Source: Dehalococcoidia bacterium (GTDB taxonomy: Bacteria > Chloroflexota > Dehalococcoidia > Lucifugimonadales > SHYF01). From it: DNA of 64,000 nt. The notes under the pieces were generated by a model. It was not told the DNA's origin. It searched no databases and saw only the letters and a program-made list of their open reading frames with translations. The DNA lies in the NCBI GenBank assembly GCA_965248595.1, contig CBDFJM010000004.1:22833-86832 (forward strand), given 5' to 3'. Both the position numbers and the translations under genes were made by a program. Of the stretch, positions 27,743 to 38,285 are shown piece by piece; the first letter of the stretch is position 1, and every line of letters begins with the position of its first letter.

Positions 27743-29524
27743 CTACGCTACTAGCCTCCCGTCCATACCCTGGTAGGTCGTTGAGTGTGTTGTGAGGTGC
27801 TGGCGCGCCTCCTCCAGTGTCAGGTTCTTCACCGACAGGTCGCCGGAGAGCGCCGTCCCTGGGACTGGATATTTGGGCGACTTCCCTTTCTCGGCCACCA
27901 GGACGCAGGTTGGGACGTTGAACAGGGGCGACACGCCCGCCAGGTCAATCAACTTGCGCAGCCCCAACTGAAGGGTGTCGCCCCTTTTGAAGGACATGCC
28001 TGTGAATCGGACGTGCTGCTGGGCCACCATGACTGAGTGCGGCATTACGAAGGCTATCTGGCCACCATCTTTGAGGTAGAGATCGGCGGTGCGGGCGAAG
28101 AAGAGGTCTGCCAGGCTAGCCTTGTCTGAGGTAGCGAGGCCGGACATGCCGTACTGCTCCAACGTTTTCATCGCCCAGTTCTGCTGCTCAGCATCATGTA
28201 TGCTTTCAAGGGACAGCCAGGGCGGGTTGCCTACCACCAGGTCGAACTTCTGCTGCTCTAGGTAGGCGGGGCGCAACGAGTTGCGCAGGATGAAGAACCA
28301 GATGGTGTCTTTGCCCTGGCGCATCAGGTCTATCAGCACGCGCTGGGTCTGCATCACCACCTCGGCGTCAGCCTCGTTCAGGAAAAAGGCCTTGCGCCTG
28401 TTCCCGCGGGCCAAAAGGAAGCTGTGGAAGGCGTACCAGCCGCGGTCCTCGGCCTCGGCGGTGGCGGCGCGGGCAATGGTGTTCCTTCCGTATTTGTCCT
28501 TCATGAATGGGAGCAGGTAGTCCAGGCCCTCGGAGTTCATGGACTGGGGCATCTGGAGGAAAACGTTTGGCTCTGCCTGGATGGTCACCCCTATGCCCCC
28601 GGCGAGGGCTGCGCCCTCTGCACTCTGCTGAGGGGTGAAGACAGACGTGGTGTCGGGCAGCTTGATGGAGTCGGCCAGGTAGACCGGTATGGTTATCACG
28701 TCCCGTTGCGTCTGGAGCAGGTCGCCCAGGGCCAGCAGGTAGTTGGTGCGGGCGATGGTCACCGCCAGGGGGTGAACGTCCATGCCCATCACGTTGTCAA
28801 CGATGTGGTAGAGGATTTCTGTCGGTGCCACGCCCTGCTTCTCTAGCGCCTCACGTATCAGCCGCACGGCAATGAACAGGAAGGTGCCTGAGCCGCAGGA
28901 TGGGTCCAGTAGGCTGCGGCGCGGGTCGTCCGCCAGGCGCAACTCGTCGCGCAGCATCAGCTCGGCCAGCCAGTCGGGGGTGTAATACTCCCCCAGGTCG
29001 CGGCGGTCCGCCGGGTCAACCAGGCCCTGGTACAGTTCCTTCAACACGTCCTCTCGCACCTCGGAGAAGTCGTAGGTCTGGAGGGTGCTCAGAAGGCGGT
29101 GGGCCAGGGCCAGTCCTTCCAGGCCAACCGGCTCTAGAAGAGGCCAGGTGAAGAAGTCCTCCTCCACGAAGTTGGCCAAGGCTGTCCGGTCATGGAAGTA
29201 GTCGCCCTGGATGATGCTCACCAGCTCTTTGGGCGATGGCAACGCGTCCATGCCCAGGCGCAGCGAGGCCAGCAGACGGGCGACCAATGCCAGGTAGGTG
29301 TGCTTCAGGAAAAGCTCCGTGTCGCCGGTCTCTTCGCCGTAGACCAGGGCCAGGTGTCGCCTCCACTGGCCGACCCGTAGCTGGAGGGCGGGATTGTCAT
29401 GAAGTTGGCGGGATAGGCTGCGGAGGTCGGCCAGGGCGGTGCGAAAGGCGGCGCTGGCAGGCCCAAGGCCTGCAACGATGCTCTGCGTAGTGGCAGGTTG
29501 CCGCTCTTCCGAGGAGCCGGTCAT
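27743..29524 (-). CDS. N6-adenine DNA methyltransferase (Type IIG/IIL-like MTase portion)
   Basis: GEYYTPDWLA, DPSCGSGTF (motif I), VVGNPPW (motif IV); ATG 29524 overlaps the upstream stop. Confidence 0.88.
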   Translation of the reverse strand: MTGSSEERQPATTQSIVAGLGPASAAFRTALADLRSLSRQLHDNPALQLRVGQWRRHLALVYGEETGDTELFLKHTYLALVARLLASLRLGMDALPSPKELVSIIQGDYFHDRTALANFVEEDFFTWPLLEPVGLEGLALAHRLLSTLQTYDFSEVREDVLKELYQGLVDPADRRDLGEYYTPDWLAELMLRDELRLADDPRRSLLDPSCGSGTFLFIAVRLIREALEKQGVAPTEILYHIVDNVMGMDVHPLAVTIARTNYLLALGDLLQTQRDVITIPVYLADSIKLPDTTSVFTPQQSAEGAALAGGIGVTIQAEPNVFLQMPQSMNSEGLDYLLPFMKDKYGRNTIARAATAEAEDRGWYAFHSFLLARGNRRKAFFLNEADAEVVMQTQRVLIDLMRQGKDTIWFFILRNSLRPAYLEQQKFDLVVGNPPWLSLESIHDAEQQNWAMKTLEQYGMSGLATSDKASLADLFFARTADLYLKDGGQIAFVMPHSVMVAQQHVRFTGMSFKRGDTLQLGLRKLIDLAGVSPLFNVPTCVLVAEKGKSPKYPVPGTALSGDLSVKNLTLEEARQHLTTHSTTYQGMDGRLVA

Positions 29525-30195
29525 GGCGACGTCAGCTTCTGGACCAGCCAGGACTTTAGCAGGTCGTGGAGCTCCTGCTTGCACTCGCGGAGGCCGTGGC
29601 CCGCTCCGGGAAATAGCACCAACTCCTTGGGCTCCTGGGCCCAGGTAAAAATATCCTTGGAGCAACGAGGCGACAGGCGGGTGTCCTCTTCACCATGCAC
29701 CAGCAGCAATGGCCGAGGCGAGACCTGGGCGACCTTCTGGGCACCGTAGGTCTGGCTGGAGAGGGCCGCCACCGCTTTCACATCCTCGCTGAAGGGTGCC
29801 GCCGAGATGACCACCGCGCCGCCAAAGGAGTGGCCCACCAGGGCGATGGAGGAGTAGCCAAAGCCGCTGAGAAGCGAGACCCCGGCCAGTGTGTCCAGGA
29901 TCGACTCGGTCAGGTCGTTAGGTTTGCGATAGTCCACTCGCAGGGAGGTGATGCCATCTGGCATAAGCTCTTCGGCCAGCACGCCGTAGATGCCGTCGGC
30001 GGGGCCTGCCACCCCGCCACGCGCGCCCCATACCCAAACTACGCCGGCCTTGGGTTCAGGGGCCTGGTGGTAGGAGGCGTGGATTTGGCCGCGGGTGGTG
30101 TGCAGCGTCATGGGCACGCCAGGTTGGCCCTCCTGAGGGTCATGGGGTTCCACGGCGATGATTCGCAGGTCCAGGGAATTGTCTTCTGTGGTCAT
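29521..30195 (-). CDS. Alpha/beta hydrolase
   Basis: GHSFGG nucleophile elbow, HGEEDT, GAGH. Confidence 0.88.
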   Translation of the reverse strand: MTTEDNSLDLRIIAVEPHDPQEGQPGVPMTLHTTRGQIHASYHQAPEPKAGVVWVWGARGGVAGPADGIYGVLAEELMPDGITSLRVDYRKPNDLTESILDTLAGVSLLSGFGYSSIALVGHSFGGAVVISAAPFSEDVKAVAALSSQTYGAQKVAQVSPRPLLLVHGEEDTRLSPRCSKDIFTWAQEPKELVLFPGAGHGLRECKQELHDLLKSWLVQKLTSP

Positions 30196-30205
30196 GGGGG
30201 CCTCC

Positions 30206-30460
30206 TTAGCGGTATGCTTCCCGGCGGTGAGCCACGCCAACTATGGTTACCGTTTGGGAGTTGTCATATATTTGGTACAGTACGCGGTATTCACCCACCC
30301 TAAGTCTGTATTGATCTTGGGCTTGCAGCTTTCTAGTGCCCACTGGGCGGGGGGCGTCTTCCAACCGAAGGATTCTTTGGGTAATGCGAAAGTGAATGTC
30401 GGCGGAAAGCCTGTCCAGGTCTCGTTCAGCGGCCCGCGTAATGAGGACTGTATATGTCAA
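30206..30460 (-). CDS. RelE/ParE family toxin
   Basis: YRLRVGEYRVLY, VAHRREAYR. Confidence 0.9.
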   Translation of the reverse strand: MTYTVLITRAAERDLDRLSADIHFRITQRILRLEDAPRPVGTRKLQAQDQYRLRVGEYRVLYQIYDNSQTVTIVGVAHRREAYR

Positions 30461-30702
30461 CGTCGCAGACTGCTATCCCGTTCGTTGAGGTATTCACGGA
30501 ATGGTCTGGAAGGCTCATCCTGTCGTTGCTCAAAGACGGCCATGTCCATCAAGTCCTCTCGGAACTCTGGCTCTTTGAGAAGGCGTTCTACAACCGCCCT
30601 TCGCTGCTTCTTGGAGAGGGAACAGAAGGCCATCCAGAATACTTCGCTGCGGCTCTCCATGGTATTCATGACTGCACTGTCTCCGTCACTCTGTCTGGTC
30701 AA
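30457..30702 (-). CDS. Putative antitoxin
   Basis: Small ORF with ATGA overlap upstream of relE; EFREDLMD...RQDEPSRPF. Confidence 0.75.
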   Translation of the reverse strand: MTRQSDGDSAVMNTMESRSEVFWMAFCSLSKKQRRAVVERLLKEPEFREDLMDMAVFEQRQDEPSRPFREYLNERDSSLRR

Positions 30703-30736
30703 TAGAGTACCACATTCTTAGTTGATGTAGCTTTGT

Positions 30737-32199
30737 TTATACCTCTGGCCACATCTTATGCCATTCTGTCGCCTGCTCATAGGCGTAGGCCGTCCGGAGC
30801 AACGCTTCTTCTCCCAGGGCAGGGCTCATTATCTGCAAACCTACTGGCAGGCCGCGGGCAGACCCACAGGGGATGGAGATGCCCGGAATGCCGGCGATGT
30901 TCACCGGTATGGTGCAAACGTCGCTCAGGTACATCTGCAGCGGGTCCTCGGTCTTTTCACCCAGGCGGAAGGCCACCGTGGGCGAGGTTGGTGTAACCAG
31001 GACATCGTACCGTTGGAAGGCCTCCTGGAACTCCCGCGTGATGAGCGTCCTGACCCTCTGCGCCTTCAGGTAGTAGGCGTCGTAGTAGCCGGAGGAGAGG
31101 GAGTATGTCCCAAGCATGATGCGTCGCTTCACCTCCGGCCCAAAGCCGTGCTGCCGGTCTTCTCCAGCTCCTCCCACATGCTTTGGCCATCCTTGTAGGA
31201 GAAGCCGTACTTGACGCCGTCATAGCGGGCCAGGTTGGCAGAGCACTCCGAGGGAGCGAGGATGTAGTACACCGCCAGGGCGTAGGGCGTCGATGGCAGG
31301 GAGACCTCCCAGTCCACGGAAGCGCCAAGGCTTTCCAGGACACCAACGGCCTGGCGTATCGCCGCCGCCACCTCCTGGTCTATCCCCTGGGTGAAATACT
31401 CCTTGGGAACGCCGATGCGCATGCCCCGAATGTCGCCGGTGAGGGAGCGACGGTAGTCGGGTATTGGGTGAGGAAGCGACGTGGAGTCGCGAGGGTCATG
31501 TCCAGTGATGGCGTTGAGCACCAGGGCGCAGTCGGTGACGTCGCGGGTCATGGGGCCAATCTGGTCCAGAGAAGAGGCGAAGGCCACCAGCCCGTAGCGG
31601 CTAACCAGGCCATAGGTGGGCTTCAGTCCCACGATGCCGCACAGGGCGGCGGGCTGCCGGATGCTGCCTCCGGTGTCGGAACCCAGTGAGGCCATGGCTT
31701 CTCCAGCAGCGACCGATGCCGCCGGGCCGCCGCTGCTGCCGCCGGGGACTCGCGCTAGGTCCCAGGGGTTGTGGGTGGGGAAGAAGGCTGAGTTCTCGGT
31801 GGAGGAACCCATAGCGAACTCGTCCATGTTGCCTTTGCCCAGGAATACGGCCCCATGCTGCCGAAGGCGCTCTACTACGGTGGCGTCGTAGGGCGGCACG
31901 AAGTTCTCTAACATGCGCGACGAGCAGGTGGTGGCGACGCCACGCATGCACATGTTGTCCTTGATCTGAATGGGTATACCCGTGAGATTCGACGCTTGCC
32001 CCGTGGCTATGCGGGCGTCTGCGTCCCTGGCCTGCTGCAACGCGTGCTCGGCTGTGATGGTGACGTATGCCCGAACCTTGGGGTCCACCGCCTGGATGCG
32101 GTCCAGGTAGGCGCGGGTAAGCTCCACGGACGACACCTGCTGGCGGTCCAGGAGGTCGCGTGCTTCATGGATGGTGAGGTTGTGAAGGTTGGTGGGCAT
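30737..32199 (-). CDS. gatA: Glu/Asp-tRNA amidotransferase subunit A, single frameshift near 31156
   Basis: [48 protein letters not shown]; one added C restores [10 protein letters not shown]. Confidence 0.93.
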
Positions 32200-32210
32200 G
32201 ATGTCCTTGG

Positions 32211-32606
32211 CTATACGTTATTCTGGATTCTCGACGGAACAGGCCCAGCCGTCCTGCGCACGGGTTTCCGGGATGTCCCCTTTTGAGGCGAAGCATCAAC
32301 GTATGCGAGGCCCTTGGCCAACCATGTCTGGAGGTCCTGCTGGTGTTGGTATCCATCTGAGCTGATGTAGAGGAAGCCCTTCATGGGCCGGCCTGTGAAG
32401 TCCATGGGCCGTGAGTTGGGGTGGGTCAGCGACTCCTCATAGTCCTGTGCGCTAACCCGGAGGACGAGGTTGTCTTGCAAGACCCCGCAGCACATCTTGC
32501 CATCAACCATGAAGGTCAACCCACCGAACATCTTCTTCTCGGTTACGGCCTCTCGGTGGGCTAAAGCTGTTCTTATTCTGCTAGCGAGTTCTTCGTTGTA
32601 AGCCAT
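32211..32606 (-). CDS. TfoX/Sxy N-terminal domain protein
   Basis: EKKMFGGL.FMVDGKMCCGV, PMDFTGRPMKGF. Confidence 0.85.
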   Translation of the reverse strand: MAYNEELASRIRTALAHREAVTEKKMFGGLTFMVDGKMCCGVLQDNLVLRVSAQDYEESLTHPNSRPMDFTGRPMKGFLYISSDGYQHQQDLQTWLAKGLAYVDASPQKGTSRKPVRRTAGPVPSRIQNNV

Positions 32607-32623
32607 TGCTGAGTTACCCTTCG

Positions 32624-33163
32624 TTATTGTAACGAGGCGTTCTTCTGGACTAGCTGGAGTATCCGCTGAACAAAAGGATCCTTTTGTTCCTGATACTTCT
32701 GTCTCTCGGTCACAAATTGCTGGGCAAGGCGTTTCTTTAGCAACGCGTATTCCAAAGCTATATCGGGGTGTTGGACTAGATAGTCACGAAAAAGGATATA
32801 CTCTTTATACATGGCGCTTGTAGCTTCAACCATGTGGAGGTGGTGAGTCCTTGGCTCACCTTTGACAAAGTAGTGGCGTCTAGGGATGCCGTTCTCTCCT
32901 CGGTAGGTGTAGCCTAGTTCCTCCAAGGGCCTTATGCAGAGAGTTGCTCCTTCAAAGCTCTCCACCGCTACCGCAATATCCAGAATAGGCTTGGCTGGCA
33001 TCTCTGGAATGGACGTGCTGCCGACATGTTGAATATCCAAGATAAGTCCGCCTATAGCCGTCTTCAACCTTTCGCATTCTTCTTGAAAGAGGTGTGGCCA
33101 CCTCCTGTCATACTGAACGATGAGCAAGGCGCTGGATTCAAGACCTAAATGGGGTGGTTGCAT
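32624..33163 (-). CDS. GrpB family (nucleotidyltransferase-like) protein
   Basis: HVGSTSIP, AKPILDI, THHLH, FRDYL, Y..LK motifs; start uncertain. Confidence 0.88.
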   Translation of the reverse strand: MQPPHLGLESSALLIVQYDRRWPHLFQEECERLKTAIGGLILDIQHVGSTSIPEMPAKPILDIAVAVESFEGATLCIRPLEELGYTYRGENGIPRRHYFVKGEPRTHHLHMVEATSAMYKEYILFRDYLVQHPDIALEYALLKKRLAQQFVTERQKYQEQKDPFVQRILQLVQKNASLQ

Positions 33164-33279
33164 AACATCTCGGCTATCATATCTGCTCAACCTATTCATC
33201 CCTCGCGCGATTTGGATTCTTCGCGTCCACTTGATCGCACTCAGGGATTCAGCACAGAACGACATGCACAGCGTCCAAT

Positions 33280-33603
33280 CTACTCCAGCACGGCCCGAAC
33301 GCGAAGGTAGTCGTCCTCACGGCGCGGGGCGTTGGCTAGGGTATCTTCCTTGGGTAAAGAGGGCGCTGGCTCGTCCTCGCGCATGACGCTGTCCAGGAGC
33401 ACCGACTGACTTGTGGGCGGCACGCCTTCGGTGTCCACCTGTTGGAGCACCTGGAACTGCTCCAGGATGTTCTCCATCTGCGAGCGGTACCGCTCCAACT
33501 CCTCTGGCGTCAGCCCCACGCGCGCCAGGAGGGCTATGTGCTGCGCCTCTTCGGACGTCAGGTCCGACTTTGTCGGGACTCTCGACCTAGGGTCGGAGCT
33601 CAT
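33280..33603 (-). CDS. gatC: Glu/Asp-tRNA amidotransferase subunit C
   Basis: HIALLAR, VDTEGVPPT, MRED, LANAP...DY.RV.AVLE. Confidence 0.92.
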   Translation of the reverse strand: MSSDPRSRVPTKSDLTSEEAQHIALLARVGLTPEELERYRSQMENILEQFQVLQQVDTEGVPPTSQSVLLDSVMREDEPAPSLPKEDTLANAPRREDDYLRVRAVLE

Positions 33604-33896
33604 GCAGACCTCTCAATGACCATCGTGTTTCTTCCCATCCTCCCGCCCTCTAACGTTTTAAGAAATGGGGGGACACCCCACTTTGGGCCCCTGGCCCCGA
33701 CCAGTCGGGGCACTTTCCTGCTTCTGGCACAGTTTTTCTGTAAGGCCGAGGCCTCCTAAGAAGGTAAGGCCAGTCTAGCAGAGGGGGTATGGCAGGAGCA
33801 ATACAAGGGAGGTATCCCCCCATATGGCTCGACCATTCGCATTCACCCTTCGCGGAGGGTATTCTGAGGAGTGAAGGATTCAAGGGCTTTGTCTTA

Positions 33897-35611
33897 GCCC
33901 GAATCCACCGAAGGAGGGCGTCGGGTCAGTGTCCTGAAGCGGCAAGAGGGTGCTCCTGTGAATCTGGGATAATGGTTTTGAAACAGCAAAGCCGACCCCA
34001 GAACAAGGAGCACCCAATAGATGCTACCACGCAACCATCCCGATCGCATCCAAATCGCGTTTGACGACCACCGCCTCGTGGCCAATGCTGGGCTGCTGCT
34101 CCCGGTGACCCTAGCCCAGCACCTGGGCCTGCGTGAAGTCGTCGACAGCCACGTCGACCTGGGAGACGCGCCGGGGCGGGCGAACCCGGGAGACAAGCTG
34201 CTGAGCCTGGTGGCCTCGGCGCTGGCTGGGGGCGACTTCATTGACGACGCCGACGTGTTGCGTACCGGCGGGACAGCTGGCGCCATCGGCTGCGTAGTCA
34301 AGGCGCCATCCACCCTGGGAACTTTCCTGCGCAGCTTCCGGTGGGGCCACGTCCGCCAGTTGGATCGGGTGAGCCGGGAGCTGCTGTCCCGGGCCTGGGC
34401 CGCTGGTGCGGGACCCGGTGAAGGGCCGTTGACCATCGACCTAGACTCCACCATGTGCGAGACCTACGGACTGGCCAAGGAGGGGGCGCGTCACCATGGT
34501 TACACTGGCCAGCGGGGCTATCACCCGCTGCTGGCCATCGCCGCCGGCACCGGCGACGTGCTGATGTCTCGGCTTCGCGAGGGCCGGGCCAACACCGTTC
34601 GTGGCGCCGCCCACTTCCTGCGGGAGACCGTGGGCCGGGTGCGCCATGCTGGGGCTACAGGACAACTCACGGTGCGGGCCGACAGCGGCTTCTATGCCCA
34701 CGCCCTGGTCGTCGTCTGTCGCGAGATGGATGTCCGCTTCTCCATCACCATCCGCCAACACGCCCGCCTCAGGGAGTTGATTGAGGCGATTCCCGAGGAG
34801 GACTGGACGCCCGTCCCCTACTGGATGGACGGCGGCGCCGACGTGGCCGAGACCACCTACACTCCCTTCCAGGGTGAGCCCGAAGCCGCCCCAGTGCGGC
34901 TCATCGTGCGGCGGGTGAAGCCCACGCCCGGTTCCCAACTGGCCCTCTTCGCCAGCTACAGCTATCACGGCTTCATCACCTACCGGGACGGGGAAACCTT
35001 GGAACTGGAGGCCGACCATCGCCGCCACGCCGAGATCGAGAATGCCATCCGAGACCTCAAACACGGCGTCGGCCTCAATCATTTCCCCTCGGGCCGCTTC
35101 CCCGCCAACGGCGCCTGGCTGGCCGTTCAGGTGCTGGCCCATAACCTGGCCCGCTGGACTGCGCGCATCGGTCTGGGCGAGGGGGTGGTGACCACCAGGA
35201 CCCTCCGGCGGCGCTTCTTCTCCCTGGCCGGACGGCTCACCCGCTCGGCCCGCCGCCTCACTTTGCATCTGCCACAGGGCTGGCCTTGGGAAACCCAGTT
35301 CACTCGCGCCCTGGCTCGATTGCGAGCCCTGCCATTGCCTGCCTGACGGCACCGACGGCGCCTGACACGTCCACCAGACTACTCAACCACCCCACAGAGT
35401 CGCACCGGCCCGGTCCGCGATTGTCTTCCCTTGCATGCTGTCCCGCCGACCCCGCCCCAGCGCCGCTGCCCAGGACCGCCATCGGCGCCACCAACTCCAA
35501 CCAAAGGCCGCCACCGGCCCCATTTATCGGAATCGAGCGCGGACCGTCGCGTCCCACGGCCCTCACCCCTTGTTCCAACCCCAAGGCCGCTCCGCATCGG
35601 TGGATTCGGGC
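33897..35611 (+). mobile_element. IS1380-family element, complete copy
   Basis: 16-bp IR GCCCGAATCCACCGA(A/T); TTA on both flanks (CTTAG if ends are read as CCC/GGG). Confidence 0.9.
34021..35346 (+). CDS. IS1380 family DDE transposase
   Basis: IDLDST, GYHPL, RADSGFY, EIENAIRDLK, F.AN.AWL motifs. Confidence 0.9.
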   Translation: MLPRNHPDRIQIAFDDHRLVANAGLLLPVTLAQHLGLREVVDSHVDLGDAPGRANPGDKLLSLVASALAGGDFIDDADVLRTGGTAGAIGCVVKAPSTLGTFLRSFRWGHVRQLDRVSRELLSRAWAAGAGPGEGPLTIDLDSTMCETYGLAKEGARHHGYTGQRGYHPLLAIAAGTGDVLMSRLREGRANTVRGAAHFLRETVGRVRHAGATGQLTVRADSGFYAHALVVVCREMDVRFSITIRQHARLRELIEAIPEEDWTPVPYWMDGGADVAETTYTPFQGEPEAAPVRLIVRRVKPTPGSQLALFASYSYHGFITYRDGETLELEADHRRHAEIENAIRDLKHGVGLNHFPSGRFPANGAWLAVQVLAHNLARWTARIGLGEGVVTTRTLRRRFFSLAGRLTRSARRLTLHLPQGWPWETQFTRALARLRALPLPA

Positions 35612-35630
35612 TTAGAAGGGCTTGCCTCCA

Positions 35631-35741
35631 TGTCACCCTGAGCGAAGCGAAGGATCTGGGGGGTGGCGAACAATCTGTGCGGTACTAGCCCCGCCCCAGA
35701 TTCTTCGTCGTCCCGACACTTCGGGACTCCTCAGAATGACA
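35631..35741. repeat. GTCA..CTGAGCGAAGCGAAG-type palindromic repeat
   Basis: TGTCACCCTGAGCGAAGCGAAGGATCT ... AGATTCTTCG ... CTCAGAATGACA; second copy at 44676..44806. Confidence 0.75.
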
Positions 35742-35783
35742 AGAGGGTTGTCATCACCATGCCAGCAAACACAACTACCGCTC

Positions 35784-35812
35784 TTGACACCGCCTTCCTA
35801 GACTGATAGATT
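35784..35812 (+). promoter_or_regulatory. hrcA promoter
   Basis: TTGACA-N17-TAGATT. Confidence 0.7.
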
Positions 35813-35822
35813 CGAATACAGA

Positions 35823-35849
35823 TTAGCAGTCCCAGAGCGACAGTGCTAA
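35823..35849. promoter_or_regulatory. CIRCE element (HrcA operator)
   Basis: TTAGCAGTC-N9-CAGTGCTAA versus consensus TTAGCACTC-N9-GAGTGCTAA, directly upstream of hrcA. Confidence 0.9.
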
Positions 35850-35859
35850 CCCATGGGAG

Positions 35860-36897
35860 GTGAGAAACGTGCTCACCCTTCGGAAACAGAAGATCCTACA
35901 GGCCATCGTGGATGAGTACGTGGAGACGCCGGTGCCGGTGTCTTCGCAAAGCGTGGCGCACAGATTGCCGGAGTTGGTGAGCCCTGCCACGGTGCGCAAT
36001 GACATGGCGGATCTGGAGGAGGATGGGTATGTGGCGCGTCCTCACCATTCCGCGGGATGTGTTCCTTCGGACAAGGGGTATAGAGCTTACGTTGAGATTC
36101 TGGGGGAGATCCCTGAGCCTTCGCCCCAGGTGAAACGATTCATACGGCTACAGCTAAACCACGCCCATATGGACATAGAAGCGTGGAGCCGAATGACGTC
36201 TCAGCTTCTGGCGGGGCTGGTGCACACCATGGCGATATGCACGCTGCCCAGGGCCCCGGAGGCGAGATGGAAGCATCTGGAGCTCATACAGGTACAGGAG
36301 TTCCTGGCTTTGCTTGTCATGGTGCTCCAGGAGTCACGGGTCCGACAACAACTGATCCCTCTAAAGGAACCGGTTACTCAAGACCAGTTGACTCAGATAT
36401 CCAACAGATTGAACTCTGTTTTCTCAAGCCTTAGTCGCTCAGAGATTCGAAGACGGAATGTTGAGCTTGCCCCTCTGGAAAGGGATGTGACGGGGGTAGC
36501 TCTGAAGATGCTCAAAGAGGAGCAGGAGGAGAAGATCCCTGACTACTATGTTGATGGGCTGAGGCTTCTGTTCCGCTACCCTGAGCTTGCTCCAGGTTCG
36601 CGAGCCAGAGAGGTAACCGAGGTCCTGGAAGACCGGCAGACCATGCGGTCTCTGCTGGGCGAGGCAACGGAGGCGGAGGGGGTCCGAGTAGCTATAGGCG
36701 GGGAGAACAGGCCTGAGAATCTACGTTCCTTCAGCATCATATTCGCCCAGTATGGATTGCCTTCCGAGGCGTCGGGGGTGGTGGGCATTGTGGGCCCTAC
36801 CCGGCTGGAGTATGCCAACGCCATCTCGAATGTCAGATACCTGTCTTCCGTGATGAGTGAGATGCTGGAGAGGGTGCAGGGCAAAACCGCTAACTGA
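35860..36897 (+). CDS. hrcA: Heat-inducible transcription repressor HrcA
   Basis: SPATVRNDMADLE, PHHSAGCVPSDKGYR, GIVGPTRLEY. Confidence 0.95.
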   Translation: MRNVLTLRKQKILQAIVDEYVETPVPVSSQSVAHRLPELVSPATVRNDMADLEEDGYVARPHHSAGCVPSDKGYRAYVEILGEIPEPSPQVKRFIRLQLNHAHMDIEAWSRMTSQLLAGLVHTMAICTLPRAPEARWKHLELIQVQEFLALLVMVLQESRVRQQLIPLKEPVTQDQLTQISNRLNSVFSSLSRSEIRRRNVELAPLERDVTGVALKMLKEEQEEKIPDYYVDGLRLLFRYPELAPGSRAREVTEVLEDRQTMRSLLGEATEAEGVRVAIGGENRPENLRSFSIIFAQYGLPSEASGVVGIVGPTRLEYANAISNVRYLSSVMSEMLERVQGKTAN

Positions 36898-37063
36898 GGC
36901 GGGTCTGGGTAGCCAAGATGCCCCAAACTAGGCCGCTTCTTTGTCGTACCAGGTCCGTTCTGCTCCTATTCACATCCGCACACAGGCCAGCCATAGGTTC
37001 CTTGCTGTTGCGACTGGATCCATGAGAATATAATAGCGTGGCCTGATTGAAGGCCAATTTGCC

Positions 37064-38197
37064 ATGACCAACAAACGCGACTACTACGACATTCTAAGCA
37101 TCCCACGCGCCGCCTCGGAGGAGGAGGTCAAGAGGGCTTTTCGACGCTTGGCCTTGGAGTACCACCCTGACAGGAACAAGAACACAGACGCAGAGGATAG
37201 GTTCAAGGAGATCAACGAGGCCTATCAAGTCCTGAGCAACCAGGAGAAGCGGGCCGCCTACGACCGTTTTGGTCACGCCGGGGTCAGCGCGAATGGAGGG
37301 TCCAGAGGATTCGAGGGCGTTGATAACTTTGGTGGCTTCGGCGACATCTTTGACGCCTTCTTTGGCGGCTTCGAAAGGCTGGGCAGGTCACAGCCCAGGC
37401 CAGGCCGGGACCTTCAAGCTGGTCTGACCATTGCCTTCGAAGAGGCAGTCCTGGGAACGCAGCAAGATGTGGGGATTTCCCGAGTGGAGAGCTGTGAGCA
37501 TTGCAAGGGGGACCGGGCCGAACCTGGGACCGCTATCAAAGAGTGCTCCACCTGCCGCGGGAGGGGTGAGGTGCGCCGCTCCCAGCAGAGCCTGTTCGGT
37601 CAGTTTATCCAGATAGCCGCTTGCCCTACCTGCTCCGGCCAAGGCCGGGTGGCCTCGCAGCCCTGCAGTCGCTGCCGGGGAAGCGGCCATGAACGGCGCA
37701 CTCGGTCGATGCCGGTCGCTGTGCCCGCTGGGGTGGAGGATGGCATGCGCATCCGCCTGGATGGAGAGGGCGACGCTGGCAGCCTTGGTGCGCCCGCGGG
37801 AGACCTGTATGTGGTGCTTCATGTTAAGGAACACAAGCTGTTCCGCCGGGATCGGGATCACCTGCTGTTTGAGTTTCCCATCAACTTTGCCCAGGCTGCT
37901 CTGGGAGATACGGTTGAGGTGCCTACGCTCCAGGGAAAGACGCCCCTGACAATCCCCACTGGAGCGCAGTCGGGCACGCTGCTACGTATAAAGGGGGAAG
38001 GTGTACCTCACCTGCGTGGAAAGGGACGGGGAGACCTGTTGGTAACGCTCCGCGTTGTCACGCCTAAGTCCCTGGACCCTGAGGCAAGGCGTCTGATGGA
38101 GGAGCTTGCCAAGCGACTGGAAGCAGTGGACGGGGATGATGGAGACAAACGGTGGTTTGAACGCATCAAAGGTGCGTTTACCGGTGGCCAACCCTGA
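37064..38197 (+). CDS. dnaJ: Chaperone DnaJ
   Basis: J-domain HPD, G/F region, four CxxCxGxG-type repeats. Confidence 0.97.
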   Translation: MTNKRDYYDILSIPRAASEEEVKRAFRRLALEYHPDRNKNTDAEDRFKEINEAYQVLSNQEKRAAYDRFGHAGVSANGGSRGFEGVDNFGGFGDIFDAFFGGFERLGRSQPRPGRDLQAGLTIAFEEAVLGTQQDVGISRVESCEHCKGDRAEPGTAIKECSTCRGRGEVRRSQQSLFGQFIQIAACPTCSGQGRVASQPCSRCRGSGHERRTRSMPVAVPAGVEDGMRIRLDGEGDAGSLGAPAGDLYVVLHVKEHKLFRRDRDHLLFEFPINFAQAALGDTVEVPTLQGKTPLTIPTGAQSGTLLRIKGEGVPHLRGKGRGDLLVTLRVVTPKSLDPEARRLMEELAKRLEAVDGDDGDKRWFERIKGAFTGGQP

Positions 38198-38285
38198 ACC
38201 GCTGGCCTAGTTGTTTTGGATATCGCGGCCCTGGCATAGGTCAGGGCTAGTTTGTGTCCGGGGGACATGAGCAGATCTCGGCCTG

